Origin: Prevotella sp.
Lineage (GTDB): Bacteria > Bacteroidota > Bacteroidia > Bacteroidales > Bacteroidaceae
Direction of reading: 5' to 3'
Assembly: GCA_017449675.1 (NCBI GenBank)
Contig: JAFTFG010000005.1
Location: 11,018 to 75,017 of the forward strand
Length of the DNA: 64,000 nt
A program made the position numbers and the translations under genes. How positions within the stretch are numbered: position 1 is the first letter of the stretch; the number at the start of each line of letters is the position of its first letter. Positions 44,402-55,066 of this stretch are shown here, in pieces. The notes under the pieces are model-generated. The model had not been told where the DNA came from. It did not search any database and saw nothing but the letters and a program-made list of their open reading frames with translations.

Positions 44402-47008
44402 TTACTTTTGGAACAACCAATCTACTTCACCAGAAGGACCGTTGAGACCACAGTCTCGTGGTTTGATGTTGCTGGTGGTGAAACCAGCCACCATGAGAAT
44501 ACCCTTGGGTAGATGTAAGGTCTGGCGACCAGCGGGAAGGGTATACTGGTGAATGTTCACCTTCGGCATCTGTACGATGCTGATGGCATTGGTGAGCAGG
44601 GGTTCTGCCTGTCCGTACTCATTACCAGTGGCGTCAATTTCCAGTTTGGGAGCCTTCGCCCATTTAGGATCATCGTCTTTGAAGAGACCAACGAGTAGTT
44701 TTACAGGTTTGTCACTTTCAAATTCTATAGTGGTACCAACGATGCGTGTCGTGTCACGGTTCAGTACGAGAGCCTGCATCCCTTCTAATTCCGGAGCAAC
44801 GGAGTCGACAGGTGTGTCAGGACGATTCTCGAAGACGATGGCTCCTTTCTGGAGGGTAATGAGTTGCATGTTCTTCGAGAAGAGTTTTACGTTGGCAGGC
44901 TGAGCGGGTAGGATATGCTCGTTTGTCTTGTGCATGGGGTTTTTCAACTTCTCAATATTCTCTTTCAGCGCATCCAGTTCTGCTTGATAGACAACGGAAA
45001 GTTCACTCCATGTCTTCATCTTACCATCGTCACCACCGACAGGGATACGTCGCTGCGATGTCTGCATGGAGTTGGCATAGAGGTAGGTGTCATGGGTGGC
45101 AAGGCTCAATGCATTCCACCAATTCTGACTTTGCTCCAAACACGGCACGGCGTCTTCCAGATACTTCAACTCATGTGTCCATTTATAGTTTAGAACCCGT
45201 TGTGCGGCCTTTACTTTCCAATAGAAGGCAGCAGCAAACATCTGGTAGTACTTCATGTCCTGCCTTACACGCTCGAATTCGTCAGCATGACGGGTTGGCA
45301 TCGCCGTGATACGGCTAATGGCATTTTCTGCCTTAATACCATGTTGCATACATTGGTCTACAATATCTAATGGTAGTTCGCCCACATGTTGCTCGCCTTT
45401 CCATTCTTTCTCCACATACTCAATGAGTTTCTCGCCTTCAGGTCCGCAACTCTCGTAGAAACCGGGGTAGATCGTGTATTTGTAGGGATTTACTAATTCG
45501 CCCATCGTCATACCAAGTAATAAGGTCTGGCGATTGCCTTCCGTGATGCCAAAGCGGCGTAACAGTTTAGGAGCAATCTCACCGGCTTCGTCATAGGCAG
45601 TTATCAGGGCATCGGCTGCAATAGTGTCGATGCCAAAGTAGTCGGAGAGTTGTCGTTTCCAGTAACTCCGATCTTCCCTTCGCTCACTATTCCATGCATA
45701 GCGTCCCCAGACTTTATACCACATCCAGTCACGGTCAATCTGCAAGAGTCGTTCACCATCAGGCAACTTATCCGCAGTAAAGGGCCAATCCCAGTAGGAA
45801 GCCTGTGGGTAGAGGTGTAGCCCTTTGGAGTGATGAACACGGTGCATAGCCTGTACTGCTTTCTGCGTAAAGGCTGGCGATGACCATCGCCAAGGTTCGA
45901 GATTGGCGAGGATATGCACATTGTCGATATGGATGGGAGCCGCAGCGGCAAGCATACGATGGGTATCTCCCCAAGGACCTCCTGGCTCATAGGTAGTCAG
46001 ACTCTCACCCGTATACTTGTTCATGGTGTAGATATTCGGGTAGAGCGGGAGGGAGGCTTTCAGTACGGCGGGTCCGTCGGTATCATGGTTACGGAGGATA
46101 ATCGGAGGAGTATCTGTCCTGCCAGATGCCTTTAATCCGTCCTTGATACCAGGAATCACCGTCTCTGTCATCCATTTGATATCATTGTCAATACCAGACA
46201 TCGCCTCACCGAGACATATCAGGAATCCGACCTTCGGGTATTTCTCCACGAAAGCGGCGATTGACTTACGGGTATAGTCTGCAATCAGCGGAGTGATAGG
46301 GCGGTTACGGTCTTGGGTCTTCAGTCCATAGTGGTCTGCAAAGGGCTTGCTGAGAATAATGTTATAGAACATCTGTATCACCCGGATACCACGACGGTCT
46401 GCCTCATCGACGAGGAAACCGAACATCTCTTGGTTTTTCTGCATGGTGGCATCATCCACTTCCGGGGCAAAGGGATAGTCCTTGAGTTTCACCAATGAGG
46501 CGAAAGGGTGCCCGTTCCATAGATAGACGGTGTTCATATTATTCTCGGCAAGGAGGTCGAGATATTTCAACCATAATGCCTTGTCATAGAACCATGGGAA
46601 GTTCTCTGGGGTATAGGGATACTCATAGACACGGTGACCAGGGAGGTAGACGGTCTTTTGCAGTCCGACACAGGCACCACGTAGTTTCATCTGTGGTACT
46701 TCACTGATTGCGGTCAGCCTTTCTAGTTGGGGGTCCTCTCGCAACAGTTCCAATAGTTTGTTGACACCATAGATGGCGCCTGCATTGTCGTTGCCAATTA
46801 CTCGAACTTTCTTTCCCTTATGTATGAGGGTGAACCCCTCAGCCTCACCTGTACTGGCAATCTCGATAGAGACACTCAGTTTCCCTTCTTGACCTTTTAA
46901 TAGGGTGGAGGCATAGGTTGTCTGGGGTGTCACATTCTTCACAACGACCTTACCATAGGTAAGTTGAACAGACAACAAACACAGTACACAGATTATTTTC
47001 TTTATCAT
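44402..47008 (-). CDS. GH138 alpha-galacturonidase (BT0997-like)
   Basis: LRGACVGLQK, YEYPYTPENFPWFYD, YLWNGHPFASLV, KYTGESL, GITEGNRQT; RG-II synteny. Confidence 0.82.
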   Translation of the reverse strand: MIKKIICVLCLLSVQLTYGKVVVKNVTPQTTYASTLLKGQEGKLSVSIEIASTGEAEGFTLIHKGKKVRVIGNDNAGAIYGVNKLLELLREDPQLERLTAISEVPQMKLRGACVGLQKTVYLPGHRVYEYPYTPENFPWFYDKALWLKYLDLLAENNMNTVYLWNGHPFASLVKLKDYPFAPEVDDATMQKNQEMFGFLVDEADRRGIRVIQMFYNIILSKPFADHYGLKTQDRNRPITPLIADYTRKSIAAFVEKYPKVGFLICLGEAMSGIDNDIKWMTETVIPGIKDGLKASGRTDTPPIILRNHDTDGPAVLKASLPLYPNIYTMNKYTGESLTTYEPGGPWGDTHRMLAAAAPIHIDNVHILANLEPWRWSSPAFTQKAVQAMHRVHHSKGLHLYPQASYWDWPFTADKLPDGERLLQIDRDWMWYKVWGRYAWNSERREDRSYWKRQLSDYFGIDTIAADALITAYDEAGEIAPKLLRRFGITEGNRQTLLLGMTMGELVNPYKYTIYPGFYESCGPEGEKLIEYVEKEWKGEQHVGELPLDIVDQCMQHGIKAENAISRITAMPTRHADEFERVRQDMKYYQMFAAAFYWKVKAAQRVLNYKWTHELKYLEDAVPCLEQSQNWWNALSLATHDTYLYANSMQTSQRRIPVGGDDGKMKTWSELSVVYQAELDALKENIEKLKNPMHKTNEHILPAQPANVKLFSKNMQLITLQKGAIVFENRPDTPVDSVAPELEGMQALVLNRDTTRIVGTTIEFESDKPVKLLVGLFKDDDPKWAKAPKLEIDATGNEYGQAEPLLTNAISIVQMPKVNIHQYTLPAGRQTLHLPKGILMVAGFTTSNIKPRDCGLNGPSGEVDWLFQK

Positions 47009-49053
47009 AGACTCATCTTTATTTCTTGCTTTGCGGGAATATTGATATGGTGGTCACCAACGATGAGTGTTCCATGTCCTCCATCACTATATACCGTTAC
47101 CTCCTTTTGACTCATCGTTATGTGAATCTTACCGAAAGGAGTGGGAACATCACCCTCCATCCATTCCAAATCGCCTAAAGTTGGTTTCACAAAATATTCC
47201 TCATAACCTGGTTGGGTTGGCTCTACTCCAAGGAAATAGCGCCCTATCAGATAGATGGGACTAGCACCCCAGGCATGGCATAGGCTCTTGCCGTAGGGAC
47301 GACCATACATGGCAAGGTGTTGCGTCCCTTTCTCTTCTGGGTTATATTTCTCCCAGAAGGAGGTGGCTCCCTCACGTAACATACCGCCCCAGTAGTCACG
47401 CATCTCCTTTAATACGTCCTTGTGGTATCCCATCTTACAGAGTGCCTCCAGTTCATAGAAACGCATATAGGGGGTAGTGATAGGGTCGATAGCGGGATTG
47501 AGCATCACGCTCTGCATGATTTCACGACGCTCTTCCTCATATGCCAATCCGTAGAGGATGGCAAACATGTTGGGGAATTTGGTAATCTGCTTGTTTATCT
47601 TACCATCCTCGATGGCATGATAATATGCCTTTTGCTCATAACTCCAGAAAGTCTGCTTAATCTTATTACGCAACTCTTCCGACTTTACACGGTAGTCACT
47701 CTTGAGCCCCAAGAGTTTGGAGCAGACAGCCATTGTCTCCATCGCTTTCATAAGCAGAATCTGCTCAAAGCACAAGGTGCCGCGCTTGTGCATCGGAAAG
47801 TCTACCCAGTCGACGAAGATCCAGTCGTCAGGTTGTCCTTCCGCCATTCCGTCCTCGTTCAGGCGACTTTCGACATAATCCATGAGTGTCACCATACGAG
47901 GCCACATCTCACGGACGAAATTGATATCGGCAGTATACTGGTAGTAGTCGAGGATAGACTTGAACCAGTAAAACGTATAGTCCATGATGGTGTTGACATG
48001 TGCCGTTACAGGGTCTTTCCCTCGTAACTGGCGGATAGTACGCTTGACGCACTCTGTGTCAAAGCGAAGGTAGTAGTTCATGAGGTACGACTGGATTGCG
48101 TCGCCCGACCATGTCCATCGGTCACGCTTGATACCATCCATGAAAAACTCACGGGTGGTGAGGTCCATCGTGTAGGCTCCCACCTCCCAAATCTTGTTCA
48201 GCAGGTCGTCAGAGCATTTGAAAGAACCACTATGCGTCAAGTCCTGTGGGGCATACTCATAGTCCATCAGCACTTCGCTGTAGTCAGCCCCTTTTTCTTT
48301 CTCGATATAGACATAGCGGAAAGCCTTGGAGTTTGCAATACAGTCCCATGCCGTTTCGCTTTCGAGTCTGTCCAGCGTCTCGCAATGCTCTTTATCCAAA
48401 GCCTCCTCACGACTCTCTCCGTAGTAGACGTGGATGGTTCCTCGCAAGTCCTTCACTTTCAAGTAACCGAAGGTCTCGCGACCGAAATCGTAGAGCATGC
48501 CGTATGTTGACATGGCATGACAACATACAGGACGGCGCTCCTCGCGCTCTAAATGAAAGCAGGAAGGGGGCGTGTCAAGGCTGTTGAAATGCCAGGAGGC
48601 GGCAGGTACGTAGATACCCGAGCCGTGGGCAATGCCATTCTCGTCAATCCAAAGTTTGTCTTCGTAGGTAGCCATCCATGAGGAATCCGTATGGATGGTG
48701 TCTCCCTCGATATAGAGTGCCGGAGGGGTTGCCTGGTTCCACACTTTCAAATTTAATCGGTGTTCGCCAGCAGGAATCGTGTAGGTATGGGCGGGAAACT
48801 GTAACTTTCCGTCGATAGCAAAATTGAATTGTCCTTCGCAGTCAATATTAATAGTCTCTTCTTTTTCTAAATGGAAGGTTTTGGAGAACTCCACGGTGAC
48901 ATAGTGTGAGTCCTGCTTCCAGAATGGTGGAAACATCGCACCACGTTCCGTACGGCGGTTGTTGAAGATATTACCCAGCCAGACCTCAAAGTCACCGGGG
49001 TACCATATCCATGTGGCTTTATTTCTTTCCTGCATTGTCTTTGATTTGCTCAT
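47005..49053 (-). CDS. GH78 alpha-L-rhamnosidase (BT1001-like), no evident signal peptide
   Basis: YDFGRETFG, DGIKRDRWTWSGD, FVDW, GATSFWE, SLCHAWGASP. Start 49053 or 49035. Confidence 0.88.
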   Translation of the reverse strand: MSKSKTMQERNKATWIWYPGDFEVWLGNIFNNRRTERGAMFPPFWKQDSHYVTVEFSKTFHLEKEETINIDCEGQFNFAIDGKLQFPAHTYTIPAGEHRLNLKVWNQATPPALYIEGDTIHTDSSWMATYEDKLWIDENGIAHGSGIYVPAASWHFNSLDTPPSCFHLEREERRPVCCHAMSTYGMLYDFGRETFGYLKVKDLRGTIHVYYGESREEALDKEHCETLDRLESETAWDCIANSKAFRYVYIEKEKGADYSEVLMDYEYAPQDLTHSGSFKCSDDLLNKIWEVGAYTMDLTTREFFMDGIKRDRWTWSGDAIQSYLMNYYLRFDTECVKRTIRQLRGKDPVTAHVNTIMDYTFYWFKSILDYYQYTADINFVREMWPRMVTLMDYVESRLNEDGMAEGQPDDWIFVDWVDFPMHKRGTLCFEQILLMKAMETMAVCSKLLGLKSDYRVKSEELRNKIKQTFWSYEQKAYYHAIEDGKINKQITKFPNMFAILYGLAYEEERREIMQSVMLNPAIDPITTPYMRFYELEALCKMGYHKDVLKEMRDYWGGMLREGATSFWEKYNPEEKGTQHLAMYGRPYGKSLCHAWGASPIYLIGRYFLGVEPTQPGYEEYFVKPTLGDLEWMEGDVPTPFGKIHITMSQKEVTVYSDGGHGTLIVGDHHINIPAKQEIKMSL

Positions 49054-50746
49054 TTACTTGTGGACCGTTATTCTCCCAGATATTACCGGGTCCGTTGGCA
49101 TTCTTCAGGAACTTCTCCTCAGGAGTCCAGTTGTCACGTATCGTGATATTGGACGACCCCTCATCGGTGTAGAGGTAGAACCAGTGGTTTGGGTCATGTA
49201 CATAACTTGGCTTGGCAATGTCCCGCACCACATTCTCTGAGATAAGAGTACCTGGCTGGTTGCCGAGGGTATAGATACCAGCACAGTCATATATGTGCTG
49301 TGCATAGTTATAAATAAGGTTCGCATGTACCTTGTTGTCTTTCATACAGACAAGGTCACGGTTCCAGCCCCATCCGATGGAGATTCCCGTGTAACTGACA
49401 TCGTGGATGGTGTTATGCTCGATGTTCATGTCACTGACATAGCCGGCGGCAATAGCGACACACCCCCAGTCCTCATTCGTCACATCATAGAACTCCGATT
49501 GCTCGACAGTCTGTCCAGTGCATACCTCACGGAAATCGGTAGGCTGATAGGGACGGTGTGTCTCCAATCCCTCGGGTGAGAAAGAGCCGCAGACGTACCC
49601 ATTCATGGCAATATCGGTGAAGGTACAGTTTGTCGTCGTGCCACGATGGCATGCAAAAACGTAGTCAAGACCAGAGCCCCCCAAGTGCTCGAAGCGACAA
49701 TGGTCAAAGTTGATATCCTCTGAGTAGCGCATCTCCACAGCGGCACGAGCACGTCCCAGCCACCCCTGGTTGTCCAGTTTATGGTTATTGGGGCGGTCAA
49801 TCTGTGGACGTAGTTTGTATGCCTCTTTCAGGTACATACCGGCCTGCAAGGGCACATGTCCTTTCTCAGAGGGTCGCATCCAAGTGGTATGTGAGAACTG
49901 GATACCTTTCATCGTGATATGGCGTACTGGATGCTCTGCGGTACCGATGAATTCTACCAGTGTCTCCATCACGGGAACAATCGCCTCATGGACGGTCTCG
50001 CCTTGACGTGGCATATAGTAGAGTCGATGCTCACGGATATCATGATACCATTCTCCAGGCTCATCCAGTAACTCCTTGGCATTTGTCAGGTAGAAAGGGG
50101 AGGGGTGACCTGTATTGGGAGTCATAGGTGATGGCCAGGGATGCTCGAATTGCAGTTTTGCCTCAGGGTTGTGAAAGCGCACGGCGGCAGAGTCACCTTG
50201 TATTATAATACTTTTGATACGTAGGTTGGAGGTGCACCACATCTCATGCAGCACCATCTCCGCATAGGGAGCCTTCAGTATCTTCTCCACCGCTTTCTTA
50301 GGTACCCAGAGTATCTGATTCTTCTTGTCGTAGGTACGGATGCGGAACATCTGTTCGAAGTCACTGACATCACGGGCACGAACTGCCTTCTTGCCGTTGA
50401 CCCATAACTGCCGGAAATCAATGGGACGACCGTTGAAGTCGGGCACGTCGGCAACCATGAATTTTCCCTGTCGTTTCCAATTGGTGATTTTCAAGCCACC
50501 GCTGATGATGGCATTTTCTCCCTCAATAGTAAGTCCACTGTCTTCTGGTCTGAGTCGTAAGGGCTCATAGAGGTGATAAGTACCGGCTCCCAAGTGGATG
50601 GTGACCTCTGTTGCTTGCCCCAGTCGTCGCATCTCACGTGCCTTGCGGATAGCATCGGTGAGTGATGAGTCAGGGGTGATACGGATTTCTGCTGCATGGG
50701 TGCTCATGTAGCAGAAAAACGTGATGATTCCGAGTATTCTTCTCAT
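49019..50746 (-). CDS. GH141 alpha-L-fucosidase (BT1002-like, paralogue 2)
   Basis: Signal peptide; RQLWVNG, FEHPWPSP, LDEPGEWY, NEDWG, YTGISIGWGW, YLYTDEGSS. Confidence 0.88.
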   Translation of the reverse strand: MRRILGIITFFCYMSTHAAEIRITPDSSLTDAIRKAREMRRLGQATEVTIHLGAGTYHLYEPLRLRPEDSGLTIEGENAIISGGLKITNWKRQGKFMVADVPDFNGRPIDFRQLWVNGKKAVRARDVSDFEQMFRIRTYDKKNQILWVPKKAVEKILKAPYAEMVLHEMWCTSNLRIKSIIIQGDSAAVRFHNPEAKLQFEHPWPSPMTPNTGHPSPFYLTNAKELLDEPGEWYHDIREHRLYYMPRQGETVHEAIVPVMETLVEFIGTAEHPVRHITMKGIQFSHTTWMRPSEKGHVPLQAGMYLKEAYKLRPQIDRPNNHKLDNQGWLGRARAAVEMRYSEDINFDHCRFEHLGGSGLDYVFACHRGTTTNCTFTDIAMNGYVCGSFSPEGLETHRPYQPTDFREVCTGQTVEQSEFYDVTNEDWGCVAIAAGYVSDMNIEHNTIHDVSYTGISIGWGWNRDLVCMKDNKVHANLIYNYAQHIYDCAGIYTLGNQPGTLISENVVRDIAKPSYVHDPNHWFYLYTDEGSSNITIRDNWTPEEKFLKNANGPGNIWENNGPQVNEQIKDNAGKK

Positions 50747-50750
50747 TACA

Positions 50751-52811
50751 TTAACGCACTAAGTTCAACCACAGGCTCATGTCCTGAACGCCACGGTTAT
50801 CCCAAGCATAGTAGGGGATGAGGCGTATCCGTACTTTCTGGCTCTCAGGCTTTGATAACTCACGATAGAGCGTCTGGTTGTCCCAAGCCTTGTCGCTGAC
50901 TACCTGTGCGTCACCCTCAAGTGCTGTGAAGGAGTGGTCGCCAATGGTCATAGGCACCTCTTTCAGTTGGATGTCAGCAGGAAGGGCAATGTCGTTCATG
51001 CGATAGCCACCCTGAATGTCCTGTCCCTCTAGGCAATAGACAATAGGTCCTCGCATGACGGCAACCTGGTTCTTCGCCTCCTCAACCAGTGGGTTTGCCT
51101 CAACGAGGCGGGGACGCATGTCAAGGTTGAGTTCAATGACATCGCCCTTCTTCCACTTACGGGAGATGCGTAAGTCTGCGGTCTCTCCATTGACCTTAAC
51201 GGTATACTTGTCACACCAGTTAGGCTTATGCAACTGGATAGTCTGTAGGTTCTTTGCCTTCTTGATGGTGAGGGTTATCTTGCCGTCCCAAGGATAATTG
51301 GTTGTCTGCTCTATCTCCAAGTCTTTTGTCTCCAGACGGTTTTGTCCGTAAAGATTAACATAGAGTGTCTGCCCATCGACAGCATAGGCATATTCCTGTG
51401 CTTGGCAGAGCGTACGGAGCGTGTTTGGCGGACAACAGAAACAGGTGATATAGTGCTGGCGGTGCTTAGGCCAGCGCATGGTGTAGGGGAACTCTTTGGT
51501 GCGTCGCAGCGCCTCGGTATAGAAAAAGTCCTTACCATCGAGTGAGATACCAGAGAGGATACCGTTATATAGTTCGTTCTCGATATTGTCGATATACTTG
51601 GCATCACCTGTTGTCTGGTACATACGCCAAGAGAATAGCATCATACCGATCTGCGCACATATCTCATTATGGGCTGCCTCCTGTGGCAACTGGAACTGTC
51701 GTCCGTAAGCCTGGTGGATTTGCTGGATGGAGGGCTGGTTGTAGGTGGTGCCGTCAGGTGACACTCCATCGTATAGCGCACCGCACCCTCCCATGATATA
51801 GATCTTATGTTGAATAATGTCGTCCCAGATTGCCGAGAGGTTTCTCATCAGTTGTGCCTCTCCCGTCTCCGCATAGAGATCAGCGACACCCGCATAGAGG
51901 TAGTTGGCACGGACGGCATGTCCCATCGCCTCATACTGGTCACGGAACTTATGGCGGTCCTGGTTATGGTCCTCGCCGTTGGTCACACTGTCACGGATAG
52001 CGATGAGTCCTTTTGCCAGCGTCAAGTATTTCTCATCGCCCGTCTCCCTGTACATCTCCGCAGCCCCCATATAATGGCTGGGACAGATGGCATTACGGGA
52101 AAGTTCCGCAGCGTCATTGGTCAGGAAGTTGTAGAGAAAGTCTGCGGCTTTCTTACCACACTCGAAAAGGGTCGTCTTACCAGTGGCACGCTTATGGATA
52201 ATACCTGCCGTCATCAGGTGTCCGAGGTTATAGGTCTCGAAGTTCAGACGTGAGGCAAAGGCGTGTTTCTGGTCTTTTCCTATCTCGATACCTGCTGCGT
52301 TCTCCGTGTTGGCATGAGAGTCGATACCTGCATTGCGCTCACTGATGACTACTGGTGTGTGGATATAGCCATCGGCACGTTGGGCGAGAGCCACCTGTTC
52401 GATAAACTTGTCCATCAGTGCGTCCAGTTTCGGGTCTTTGGTGATGGCATATACCGTCGCACATGCCTCCAGCCATTTGTACATATCACCGTCATGGAAG
52501 GGAGGACCATGGTGCTTTCCTTTTACCGTCCCAGCGGCAACCTCGAAATTACGGAACCCGTTACTGCCATGCAGTCCCATGTCATCCATCGTCTCATAAG
52601 GCGTGTTCCATGTGTCCCACATTGACCAGATACCAGTGGTTGACAGCATGTTGAAGCGGTCAGCCCAGAAGCCGCCAGTCCATTTGACAGCCCCCATGGG
52701 GGTATTCCTCATTTTAGCCTGCTGACTCTTACTCATGTCAGTCAGTCCACCTTGCGCCATCGCTGTCGTGGCGCATCCTATCATCATGGTTATTAATAGC
52801 CTGATTTTCAT
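50751..52811 (-). CDS. GH127 family, probable aceric acid hydrolase (BT1003-like)
   Basis: DGDMYKWLEA, ETYNLGHL, GHAVRANYLY, HNEICA, CFCCPPN, LIPYYAWDNRG; adjacent to GH141 and GH78 as in the RG-II PUL. Confidence 0.85.
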   Translation of the reverse strand: MKIRLLITMMIGCATTAMAQGGLTDMSKSQQAKMRNTPMGAVKWTGGFWADRFNMLSTTGIWSMWDTWNTPYETMDDMGLHGSNGFRNFEVAAGTVKGKHHGPPFHDGDMYKWLEACATVYAITKDPKLDALMDKFIEQVALAQRADGYIHTPVVISERNAGIDSHANTENAAGIEIGKDQKHAFASRLNFETYNLGHLMTAGIIHKRATGKTTLFECGKKAADFLYNFLTNDAAELSRNAICPSHYMGAAEMYRETGDEKYLTLAKGLIAIRDSVTNGEDHNQDRHKFRDQYEAMGHAVRANYLYAGVADLYAETGEAQLMRNLSAIWDDIIQHKIYIMGGCGALYDGVSPDGTTYNQPSIQQIHQAYGRQFQLPQEAAHNEICAQIGMMLFSWRMYQTTGDAKYIDNIENELYNGILSGISLDGKDFFYTEALRRTKEFPYTMRWPKHRQHYITCFCCPPNTLRTLCQAQEYAYAVDGQTLYVNLYGQNRLETKDLEIEQTTNYPWDGKITLTIKKAKNLQTIQLHKPNWCDKYTVKVNGETADLRISRKWKKGDVIELNLDMRPRLVEANPLVEEAKNQVAVMRGPIVYCLEGQDIQGGYRMNDIALPADIQLKEVPMTIGDHSFTALEGDAQVVSDKAWDNQTLYRELSKPESQKVRIRLIPYYAWDNRGVQDMSLWLNLVR

Positions 52812-52814
52812 AAC

Positions 52815-52874
52815 TCTTACTTCTTACATCTTACTTCTTACATCTTACTTCTTACATCTTACCTCTTACTTCTT
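52815..52874. repeat. 7-bp tandem repeat (tcttacN) x8 filling the intergenic gap
   Basis: tcttact/tcttaca/tcttacc units, directly visible. Confidence 0.92.
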
Positions 52875-54332
52875 TTATAGTTGTCCTCCTCTTGCCTTTA
52901 CTCGTTCATACCATGCCTCACGCTCCTTGGTCAGGTCGTAGCCACGTTTAGTCAGGTAGTTATTGATACGTCCTTTGTATTTTCCGAATACCTCGTGTTT
53001 CTTCTTCGAACTCTCCGCGTCAATGGCGAGTTCACGCGCCTCGATGAGCCATGCAAGAATCTGCTGTTTCTCCACGTCTTTTAGTGTGGGGATCATGTCG
53101 CATTGTGCCTCATAGGTAACTTTTACCACGTTGAAGGTCATCACGTCCTTCACCCGCTCAATCTCATGTGGTTTCAGATACATCGACAGGTCGGCAAGGA
53201 ATCCGTAGTGGGAGCGGTAGAGTTTGGAGTCACATTGTGCCTCTGCGAGTTTCTTGTCGCTCTTCTTCACTGAGTCACGCTCCGCATAGATGTCGTTGAG
53301 TTTGAAATAGCGGTTGGCGATGATGTTCTGCACGTTCTGTCCTAAGGGTGTCCATGTGATGCCCAACTCATCAGTAGCCTTCTGTGCGCGACCGATGATG
53401 GTTTGTACGTATTGGGCATCGCGACCGTCACTGTCGAGTTTGACATCTGCCTTCGGGTAGGTGTTGAAGACTTCCTTCAGATAGCGCACATTCGCTCCGT
53501 AGTTCATCTTCACGTTACGTACCATTTTCACGTCACGGCTTCGCTCCACAAACAGCCAGCCTTTCCATCCCATCTCGTCAAGGGTCTGTTTGATGAGTGG
53601 CAGATTGATGGCAGGATCCTTGCTGAGCCATACACTATCAGTGTTCGAGGCATGGATGGCACAGATGTTCTTGGCACCCAGTTTTCTCATGTCCTTGGCG
53701 ATGTCCCAACCGTTCTCTATGATGGTCTGCCATTTGTAGAAAATCGCAATACCGTCGCTTTTGATCTCTTTGAGAAGTTTCAGGTTGCCTGCGGCATCCA
53801 GCGGGGTGTCGATACCTACGGTCTTACCCTGTGCCTTGGCAGCCTCACCGATGGCATGCAGCCGAGAGACGATCTCCTTCCGCTTTGCCTTATCGACTGT
53901 CCAACCGTTACCGCATCCTCCCAAGGGCAGGAAGGCGACCTTGACATCACCCATGCGGTTCATGGTCTCAAAACAGTCGTCCATCAAGGCGAGGTAATTG
54001 TCACGTTGGGTGAGGTCCTGTCCATAGAAGCCGCTCATGGCGATAGCACCGATACGGATGCCCAGACTGTCGGCGACATGCTTGAAGAAAGCGGCCTCCT
54101 TCGGGTCACGCATCTTATTGTCAAACTGTTCGCGTTTGCCCAGTCCGCCCATATCCATTTCAACACCCTCACAGCCTAAGTCCTTGGCTAGTTGGAACTC
54201 GCCTAGTTTCTGACGTTTCAGTACCATCCAGTCACATACTCCCACCTGATAGCGTTCCTGTGCCATCAGGGTGTCGAGTAGCGGCATGCTACACGTCAGG
54301 ATTGAAAGCAGTACAATACGTAGTTTGTTCAT
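52875..54332 (-). CDS. Secreted xylose-isomerase-like TIM barrel fused to DUF3826
   Basis: Signal-like N-terminus; GVEMDMG, IHASNTD, GWLFVER; C-terminal DUF3826-like KKHEVFGKYKGRINNYL. Confidence 0.7.
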   Translation of the reverse strand: MNKLRIVLLSILTCSMPLLDTLMAQERYQVGVCDWMVLKRQKLGEFQLAKDLGCEGVEMDMGGLGKREQFDNKMRDPKEAAFFKHVADSLGIRIGAIAMSGFYGQDLTQRDNYLALMDDCFETMNRMGDVKVAFLPLGGCGNGWTVDKAKRKEIVSRLHAIGEAAKAQGKTVGIDTPLDAAGNLKLLKEIKSDGIAIFYKWQTIIENGWDIAKDMRKLGAKNICAIHASNTDSVWLSKDPAINLPLIKQTLDEMGWKGWLFVERSRDVKMVRNVKMNYGANVRYLKEVFNTYPKADVKLDSDGRDAQYVQTIIGRAQKATDELGITWTPLGQNVQNIIANRYFKLNDIYAERDSVKKSDKKLAEAQCDSKLYRSHYGFLADLSMYLKPHEIERVKDVMTFNVVKVTYEAQCDMIPTLKDVEKQQILAWLIEARELAIDAESSKKKHEVFGKYKGRINNYLTKRGYDLTKEREAWYERVKARGGQL

Positions 54333-54487
54333 ATTCGGTTCAAAATAAGTTGCTATTTGATGGCTGTCGATTGGCAGATGGCCATATAGATACGCATCTT
54401 CAACTCTTCCTTCTCTTCTGTAGAAAGAGGCTGTAGATGCGATATGTAAGTGAGAAATTGTTTTTTCTTCTTGTGATTACCCTTTTC

Positions 54488-54528
54488 TGCCATTACGTCC
54501 GTTTACTGTAAGACGGAATAATGGCAGT
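54488..54528 (-). terminator. Hairpin downstream of the ECF sigma gene
   Basis: ctgccattacgtccgt...acggaataatggcag stem-loop. Confidence 0.55.
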
Positions 54529-54553
54529 GATGTAACCACAGAAAGGTGCTGTT

Positions 54554-55066
54554 TTAAACGGCTAATGACATTTCGCTGGCGTATTCACGGAGGCGACTGA
54601 TACTGCGGTGCATCAAGTTACGTACACTCTGATAGTTGATACCCATGATGCGGCAAATGTCCTCGTATTTCCGTTGTTCGATATAATAGAGGTTGATGAT
54701 CTCACGCTGACGGGGGGATAACTTTTCGAAATACCGCTCTACATGGTCCGTGAGTTCCTGCTGTCGCTCCATGCGTTCCTGAATGTACTCCTCATTCTCG
54801 GCTACAGCCTGCATATTGGCATCGTTGACTTCCTCACCAGTCATCTTCACGTTTCTGCGGAACTCATCGTGGATACGGTTACGGAGGGAGATAAACAGGT
54901 AACTGTCCACATTATCGATAGGTCCCAGGTTCTCCCTTCGGGTGTATAGTTTTACGAACACATCCTGTATGCAGTCTTTAAGCATCTCACGGTCGGACGT
55001 AAAACGCGACCCGAAAGCGAATAACTGGTCGATATGTTTGTTATAGAGTGTCGAAAAGTCCGTCAT
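54554..55066 (-). CDS. ECF-type RNA polymerase sigma-70 factor
   Basis: Region 2 DCIQDVFVKLY...YLFISLRN; region 4 LSPRQREII...SVRNLMHRSISRLR. ATG 55066 (TTG 55081 possible). TACTTTTG -7 motif at 55114-55121. Confidence 0.92.
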   Translation of the reverse strand: MTDFSTLYNKHIDQLFAFGSRFTSDREMLKDCIQDVFVKLYTRRENLGPIDNVDSYLFISLRNRIHDEFRRNVKMTGEEVNDANMQAVAENEEYIQERMERQQELTDHVERYFEKLSPRQREIINLYYIEQRKYEDICRIMGINYQSVRNLMHRSISRLREYASEMSLAV

